From Octopus vulgaris (lineage: Eukaryota): a DNA stretch of 64,000 bases. Position 1 is the first letter of the stretch. Each line of letters begins with the position of its first letter. The DNA is taken from NCBI GenBank assembly GCA_951406725.2, contig OX597816.1, positions 43,772,001 to 43,836,000 on the forward strand, written 5' to 3'. The translations under genes and the position numbers were made by a program. The notes under the pieces are model-generated. The model ran no database searches and had not been told where the DNA came from. It saw nothing but the letters and a program-made list of their open reading frames with translations. Of this stretch, positions 55,555 to 64,000 are shown piece by piece.

Positions 55555-55966
55555 AAAAACAAAACTCGTCAAAGGGCGGAGGAACTCTTGAGAGTCAACG
55601 GCCATCCAATAAATGCCTTAAGGCTGTATCATGCGCGGGGACATAGAAATAATCGGGCTGAATACCCGATCGGTTAAACCATTGGTAGTAAAGGACTCCT
55701 AGCCTTTGTTAGGATATCCTTCTAGGAGAAGTTAACTCAGGAAACTGGGATAACTCCGACATAAAACCTGCGGCTCAGTGGTTACCGATGATGTTGACTT
55801 GTTCTTCTTTTTGGATTGTGGCTGCTGTTGCTTAGTGAGTGGGATTGACGCAGTGCACAGCCTTTCCTCACTATAAAAAAAATCTACTTGCATAAGCATT
55901 GCATGCTAACAACATTGATTAAGCTTCGTGCAATGGCCATACTCGATAACGAGGGAGCAGTCACCA
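55555..55966 (+). mobile_element. ~410-bp non-coding insertion in (TATG)n, possibly an RTE-related non-autonomous element
   Basis: Sharp, GC-richer block between two (TATG)n tracts; TCTAGGAGAAGTTAACTC resembles the RTE 5'UTR motif CTAGGAGAAGGAAAACTC. Confidence 0.4.
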
Positions 55967-56000
55967 TGTATGTATGTATGTATGTATGTATGTATGTATG

Positions 56001-56034
<34 letters not shown>

Positions 56035-57380
56035 TGTATTCGATATATCGAACAAGCCCTCGTTAAAGTAAGGGAGAATGAGATGTATCAGAAAATCGAA
56101 TAGGTCATATTTAAGTACATCTATGAGACTGATTGTAGGTTTACCTTTATTGTCTATATAATGGCGGAATTAGCACACGTAACTCCGAAACTTATTTAGA
56201 TTATTCAGCAGATACGATCTGAACTTTACTGTATAGTAGTATGTTTACCATTTTTTTAATCAGATCAAAACAATCATTTGTCTTATGAAGCAGACTCAAT
56301 TACCACATGAAACATGTTTACCTCTGGTTTATATGTGATATGATACACTAAAATCAAGCGAACCAACCCAATAAAATCCGACGAAGCATGATCTAAAATT
56401 CTCTTTTGATGTTGTGTATAGTTGCTACTAATGTAAACATGAAGTATATTGACTGGCCTAGATATGAAAAATCGTTGCATATTTCGAAGAGATTTTATTT
56501 AGATAATGACACATGAATACATCAAACAGATTTTTATCCAGGTGAAAATTGTCAATAAAAATGTTAATTCATTAATACTCCTTTGCTGATCAATCTGATG
56601 AGTATAGAATAATAATGATTTTTGATGGTTAGTTATGGTAATATTTTGTTTAGTTTGCTAGAAGCCGTGTTGCTGCTGTCATTATCCATAAACACTATTT
56701 CAATTAATTATTGTTCTTTTTGGTTGACGCTGTTGATGCATTGCAGGTGAATGACGACTTTGATAGTCAAAATTGATGTTTTGACCTCTTTGCACAGAAC
56801 ATAATAAAATTTTAAGTATGCAACACTTTTAACTACGCTGTTCTTATTTGCTTTTCAAATACTATGATAATTTCAGTCTGCGTTTCTATTAACAGGAAAC
56901 ATAACTAGTACAATTTTATCGATTTGCAGCGATTCACGGAAAAATCCACTTGGATGGATTTTAAACCTGCAGAAATAACAGTAATGTACTTACCTACGTA
57001 GATTTGTATCTATGTATGTTTAAATTAAATTCTTTGTAATGGACTTCGACCCGGTCGCTAACAATTCAAGAAGGATTTTTCAATTAAGAGAGTTGCAAAC
57101 ATGTGATTCAGTTGGTGTGTTGGTTGAGCTGCTAGTGCACGCCCCCAACTGTGTGCAACGTTTTACCGAATGAATCTCAGACGGGGAATCTTTGGAATGT
57201 CTTCACTGTACCATTCACTAATACACTGGATTTGGAGTATGCACGTCAGTTTCTTTTACTCTTTCTTCAGAATACCTACTATTTCTAGGTTTCTATGTAA
57301 ATTTGTTGGTACGTATATACCTATACATACATGTCTATCAGTCTGACTGTCTTTATGTATGTATGTATGTATGTATGTAT

Positions 57381-58605
57381 ATAATTTTTCAGTTTATTTC
57401 AAGATTTCTTGCGAATAAAGAAAGAATCGGTTTCTAACCTAGATCCAAGGCTCCTTCACTGGAATTTCAAAATCAACAACAGAGTATTTTTGTTTGTTTA
57501 TATGTATGTATGTATGTATGCATGAATGTATGTATGTATGTATGTATGTATGTATGTATGTATGTATGTATGTATGTATGTATGTATGCATATATGCATG
57601 TATGTATGCATATATGCATGTATGTAGGTATTATGTATGTATGTACATATGTGCAGATTTCTATGTTTTATGTATGCATTCTCATGCAAAGAGTTACATA
57701 TCTAGACATGCTCATATATATTTAAATGAGAAACTTCTGGAAAGTTTTACAGATTTTTACAGTTACAGTGATGGACTGGATCAATAGTCTTCAAATTTAC
57801 TTTCTGGTTTGGAGAAGCCTATTTTCTCAAGATGGTATTTTTGCAGTGCGTCACATACGCCTGGGTCACAATAATTACAGTTATTAACTTGAACTTGTAA
57901 ATTAGAGAGAGTAACTGCAGATTTCTCTATAGTTCAGCATAGGTGTTCTCTTTTTCACTGATCTTCGGCTTTAAGTTAACATCCGCTGGGCAGCTATTTT
58001 TCACAACTGTGCACAGTTTCTCTTCTCTGTCTCTGTATACTGCTGCCTGGTTGCGGTTAAATTTATTATTTACTGTTCTTCTTTCGGTTAGTCTCTTCTG
58101 ATGTCAGAGCTTTTCACTGACAGCTTTTTGCTCCTGCTTGAGGGTAATCAGTTTGCGAGTTACCTCTTTTTACTGTCTCCAAACATCATTTCGACCTCAT
58201 TCTTTACTTTCTGTTGGTGAGACGTATATTGATTTGTTTGTTTGCATGCAATAAGCATCATTACATGACTGATAGTCTTCCTTAAACCTGTTATCTTTTT
58301 CTCTGTCTTCAAAACCCATGATGGTACTTGCTTTGTTATTTCGGTTTTGTTTACTTTCTGAATATCATTCATATACTATTTTACAGTAGTAGCCAGAGCA
58401 TATAGACAGGCCTTAATCTGTTAGTATGTGGGTACATCACACTGCTGTAAATACTCATCACCAATGTCATTAACAGCTTTTAATATCGTATCTGGTGAGT
58501 TTTTTTCTTACTTTAGTGGAAAATGCTCTCTCCTCGATAGAGTCCTTCAAAGCCAAAGTTATTTGTTCTCGGAAAATTTCACTAAGGGCATATTTCACTG
58601 GCAGA
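57381..58605 (-). mobile_element. R4/Dong-like non-LTR retrotransposon (restriction-like endonuclease), internally deleted and lacking RT
   Basis: PSWVLKTEKKITGLRKTI...LKQEQKAVSEKL*HQK...NNKFNRNQAAVYR fused to DREEKLCTVVKNSCPADVNLKPKISEKENTYAEL*RNLQLL..YKFKLITVII; 3'UTR with AATAAA ending in (TACA)n. Confidence 0.75.
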
Positions 58606-59008
58606 TATGTGTGTATGTATGTATGTATGTATGTGTGTTTGAATATATGTATACGTGCATAAATATATGTGTATTGATGTATGTATGTTGTTTGAATTTA
58701 TCTCTGTTCGTACATGTGCATTTTGTTTCCTGAGAGATGTGAAAAGTCAGGTATTTTACAGATAGGTGAGAATTGATAATATCGACCGAACTAAATAATA
58801 TTATACATTTTATCAGCCTCCCGATTGATGAACAGCAACACTGGACATTAATGGACCAAATAACTATATAATACAAGGCATTTTTCGACTGATCTATCTA
58901 TTCTACGATTCACCGTAGATACATCAACTATCACAGAATATGCTGTAATGTATACCGATACTTGGTATCCTTGTATAATAAAGTACATTTCTATTTGTAC
59001 ATGCACTA

Positions 59009-59200
59009 AGGCGGCGAGGAGATAAAATGCTTTCCGGTATTTCATTCGTCTATGCATACTGAGTTCAAATTCCGCCGCGGTCGACTATACCGTTTATCGT
59101 TCCGGGGTAAATAAAATAAGAACCGTCTGAGCACGAGGGTCGAGGAAATCGACTTACCCCATCCCCCGATATTTGTAGACTTGTACCAAAATTTAAAACT
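59009..59200 (+). mobile_element. SINE family B, short-tailed
   Basis: AGGCGGCGAG...GAGTTCAAATTCCGCCGCGGTCGAC...AATCGACTTACCCC...CCAAAATTTAAAAC. Confidence 0.75.
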
Positions 59201-59688
59201 AACTATATTAATGATAAAGAAACCATCATTGCAGAATGACTGTCAAGTGTATTTTTATATAAAACATCAATACCATACCTCCATATGTGTGTGTTTGTGT
59301 GTTTGTGTGTTTGTGTGTGTTAGAATAGAGGAAAGCAGGATAGACAAGATAGTACTCTTAAAAAATTCTATAATATTTACATGTTTCTTTTGCGACTTCT
59401 ATAGTGTGCGGTAGCCGTTTCGTTGATGATTACATTGGAACGTTGCAACGCCAGATAATCAAAAGAAAATATATAAATGGATTGAATTGCAATTTTTTCT
59501 GAAGATATGGTGTTTCAGTATCATTGTGCAATCGTCCGCGAACGTATAACAGCTATTATTACATAATATACTTGTATTCGCTAGTTAGAACACGTGTAGA
59601 GTTTATGCAATTTATGATGTTATAATAAAAAAGAACCTTAAACTAGCGTTCGTATTTTATTCTATTCTCGGATATATATGTATGTATA

Positions 59689-59751
<63 letters not shown>

Positions 59752-60366
59752 TCTGTAAATTATTCAAAAGTATGCAATACCAAGAGAGAATCGTAGAACA
59801 AATAACGCTTAATACTCTATCGGGATTGAGATGAACAACGATTACCATAGTGTTCTGAACATTGATTAACATTCGTGTTATCTGATACATACGTACGCAC
59901 ACACACACGCACACACACACATACACACACACACACTCTCACACACACATATTCACACACATACACGTACGCACACATCATACAAACATATGTAAATGCT
60001 TGAGTGTGTAGGGATGCATAAAGGGAAAGAAATATGGAGAGAGATATGCATGCACTGAGGTAGCTGAACCCTTTGAACAGATGAAGAGGATAAAACAGAA
60101 TTTAGTGCCAGTTCCTTTTTTTTCTTTTTTGATTGTTGTTTTTTTTTTGGGGGGGGCGGGTTTGTTTGAAAGAGGGGTTGTAAATGGAATGTGTGGTTGC
60201 AAAAAGCGAAAGGCTGATGACGGACAAACCGAAATGCTAAAATAATACGAGGCTAAAATCCTCGCTATATACCCGACATACATACAAATGCAAATTCCCG
60301 CATATATATCTGCGTGAGTACGTGTGCGTGTGCGTCTGTGTGTGTGTGTATGTAATACGCACGCAC

Positions 60367-60399
<33 letters not shown>

Positions 60400-60927
60400 T
60401 ATGGCGAGATGTGTATGCAGTATATATTATATGTATACACTCATACGCTCATGCACCCTATTGCATCGATGTGGTTACGTATGTCGAACACGAATGGGAT
60501 AGATTTGATACGCAAACACAAATTGATTCTCTATCGATTAGTGGGTACATGTATATCAATACGAAGCATAAATATTAATAAATGCATATGCATCGATAGA
60601 TAGCAAAGCAAATCGATAGATCCATATGAATCATTAACTGAACGTGTTATTGTTGAAAATGCTTGCGAACATGAAACGCATATCCTCTTAATAACGGTTG
60701 CAGACGCATGTATGAAAAACTGTATGTATCAAAATGGGAGCCAAAAACGTGTTGGAACATACAGCTAATACAGCACCAGTCTTCTGTATACGACCCGTGA
60801 ATTAAAACTATATCGAATACTAGGGAATTTGGCAGCTGAAATGTTCCATCATTATAACGTAGGAGCTTTCCCTTCCTATCTCTATTTCTCAATTTATATT
60901 CATCTATCTATCTAATCTGTCTGTCTG

Positions 60928-60934
60928 TCTATTA

Positions 60935-60970
<36 letters not shown>

Positions 60971-61296
60971 TGTATGTATATAAAGCTGAAGTTGTAAGGC
61001 AGGTTTGGTAGCCTTCACCTAACACTATCTCCACCGAGACTCTGCGGCGCAAGTTGACCGAAATTGAGAGTATGTTAACACCAAAAGTGATTTACATCAA
61101 AAAGTGCTTTTTTACTATGAAAATCCCTATTTTTTACGATATTTTGACTGCTGTCTCGCCATTTTTCGGTGTCTTTCAAGCAGAAAAATGTTCACTCAAA
61201 GAGAATAACAAGCTACATAATGCAAAAGTTATACTTTTCAAAAATTCCAATTCTAAAGGGTCGAAACAACCTGAGCAACGCCGGGCGATAGTGCTA

Positions 61297-61297
<1 letters not shown>
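60928..61297 (+). mobile_element. Non-autonomous Helitron
   Basis: 5' TCTATTATATA...TAAAGCTGAAG (start approximate); 3' subterminal hairpin CCTGAGCAACGCCGGG followed by CTAG|T; no TSD. Confidence 0.7.
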
Positions 61298-61330
<33 letters not shown>

Positions 61331-61779
61331 TGTATTTGTGGGCACGTGTTTCTGTGCTATGAGTGTATGTGTTGGGAAAGAGTAGCTGATGAAAGGGAAG
61401 AGATATATTTAAATCTATAAGGCGGCGAGCTGGCAGAAACGTTAGCACGCCGGGCGAAATGAATATATATTTTAAGGTGGCACACACTTGTACTGTCAAG
61501 ACGCATACACACCTCTTCAGTCATTCAAGATGATTCCTTCCTTTACCTTTCTTTCCCCCTCTGTCTCTTCCTTTCTCACACATACACACACACACACTGT
61601 CTCTCTCCCTCTCTTTGTAGGTGTGTGAGTGCGTGCGTGTGTACCGCTTGACAACCTTTGTTGCTTAGCTCCTCGTTATCTAACGCTTCGGCAAAAGTCA
61701 CCGATAGAATAACTACTAATCTTTATGAAAATATATCCTAGGGTCAAATCAGCTCCTCAAACACACACTTACATATATT

Positions 61780-62056
61780 TCACGTAATGGACCAGAGTAT
61801 CAGATGTGGTTACACTTCACTGCTCACAATGCGCTTTGTGTCGTTTTAGCTTGGGAATGATGCCACCCCGCTGGTTAGGTGAGCTTTCTGATTGAAGGCT
61901 ACCTCATCGTAGTCAGGGCTTCCTCTTTATAGCTGAGTGGTCTGGGGCAAGGCAAAATGCAGAGTTTTGCTCAGAAGTGCAACCGCTCTGGGAGTCGAAA
62001 CCACGGTCTCAAGATCTCGAGTGCAACAAGCCTTCCATCTAGGCTACGCGCCTTCG
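61780..62056 (-). mobile_element. Degenerate SINE with a family C-type tRNA head
   Basis: rc GAAGGCGCGTAGCCTAG...GTGGTTTCGACTCCC...CCAGACCACTCAGCT. Confidence 0.55.
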
Positions 62057-62080
62057 TACGCACACACACACACACACAGA

Positions 62081-62131
<51 letters not shown>

Positions 62132-62911
62132 CATGATGTCTGCGTCCATAGGCCACCGGACAATATGCAATATGTTGTTTGCTCACATTTCTTCACCTTC
62201 TGAGATTTTGACTTGTTTCCAAGGTCGATAAAATCTGTAATAAATGAATTCCTGAGATCGATTGGTGAAGGAAAATACAATATATTGGCGTATACCTGCG
62301 TGTACAATGAACATACATACATGCATGCATAACACATTATCACATACCTGAATGTATGCAAAGTAAAATGATTTTACGTCTTAAATGCATGCATATACAT
62401 ATGTGTGTATGAATGTATATATTATATTATTATATACATACATTCATACATACACACATATGCAGAGCGAGTTGGAAAAATCGCTTTTTCCTGTGCAAGT
62501 TTTCATGTATAACATGTGATTGTGTGTGTGTGTGTGTATCTCTTTTTGTGTGTGTGTTATGGTTACACTACGTGTGCCATTTTTGAACAATTGAAGGAAA
62601 AAATAAGAAACCGAAAGAAAATAACATCTCCCAAGACTGAGAATAACGCTGGAAAGAAAAGAGAAATATCTAGGAGAAGCTGTACTAGAACTTAATAATC
62701 GATCGATACAATTCGCACTTAAGGCCGTGAAGCAGACTAAACGATGTCTAATGCAGTGATTTGGTTTTCTAGTTTACTATTTAATCTGTTTTCTTTCTTG
62801 GGATTTCGCTTTCACATACCGTTCTTTCTCTGCCTACTGTTTTTCCTTCTATCTTGTTCTCCCTGCTTCACACAAGCTTAAACATACATCCCCTTCTCTC
62901 GCTCTTTCTCC

Positions 62912-62983
<72 letters not shown>

Positions 62984-63071
62984 GTCTATATATTTATCTA
63001 GCTCTAATTCTATCTCTGTGCGACTTTCTGTCGCTCAATGTCTGTCCCTTTTTAAGTGTCCGTGAATATCA

Positions 63072-63110
<39 letters not shown>

Positions 63111-63216
63111 CGTAAAACTTGTACGCAACAAAAGGACAGGGAATAACTGTTTCTAGTACGGCTATTACTCTCCGCCATAACTTTCCTTTTCGTGATTTCT
63201 TGGCCATATGTATGTA

Positions 63217-63265
<49 letters not shown>

Positions 63266-63528
63266 GTATATATATATATGTATATATAATATATGTACAT
63301 GTGCATGTGTGTAGTTATTTATATTGCTTCTTTCATTTATTTGATTTAGTTCACAGAATAATTCCACCTTTACCTGACCAGTTTCTAACTTTCTTTCACT
63401 TATTCATAACATTTTCCACATTTCATTCATCTTTACTTCGTTTTTTTCTCTTAAGTTTCTCTTTTTAATCTGATATATATTTTCACTCTTTTTGTACGTC
63501 ATTCTTCCCAAAATTTCACTCTCCGCTT

Positions 63529-63617
<89 letters not shown>

Positions 63618-64000
63618 ATGTATATGTATATATGTGTGAGTGTAGAATTTATTTTTCGCTATTTTGTGGTTTCTTTCAATGTATTCTGTCTTTCTTTCTG
63701 CTGTCCCTTTTTAACGGCATTTATTTTTCTTGTTCTTTATTCTCTTTATTTTTTCTTCTTTTGCTTCGTACATTTCTTTCTACTTTCCTTACCTTCTTTC
63801 ATTTCGTCATTATCTCTTTTATATTTTGCAGTTTTATTTTGTTTTTTGTTGTTGTTGACTTTTACATTTTAAATGTTTCCATTCGTATATTTAAATTCAG
63901 CGGGGAAAGTAGGAAGGTAGGTGATGGTAGACCTAAACTGTAATTTTATTGCAAAGTAACTTTATTTGATTTTCTTTAATTTTTCTGAAATCTTTTATTG

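Noticed and set aside
62180-62245. mariner transposase fragment (DFDLFP)
   Set aside because: Too short and frameshifted to support a call

Overview
AT-rich, microsatellite-dense eukaryotic DNA. It is most likely a coleoid cephalopod (Octopus-like), judged from tRNA-headed SINEs resembling the octopus OR1/OR2 families. Nearly all ORFs in the supplied track are artefacts of (TA)n/(TG)n/(TATG)n/(AGT)n repeats. The one credible host-gene signal is a + strand exon at 9022-9387 (strong acceptor, GTAAGC donor) ending in a signal-peptide-like stretch; the rest looks like intron. The window holds three SINE families, Penelope-like element (PLE) remnants and fold-backs with hammerhead-ribozyme-like motifs, an RT-less R4/Dong-like retrotransposon, a Helitron, and mariner, pogo and hAT MITEs. 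The most interesting pattern is a younger long-tailed OR1-like SINE found only inside the tRNA-derived head of copies of its own family, once with a 20-bp target-site-like duplication and once as a 184-bp tandem array. Family names come from remembered consensus motifs, not database searches, and the boundaries of degenerate repeats are approximate.
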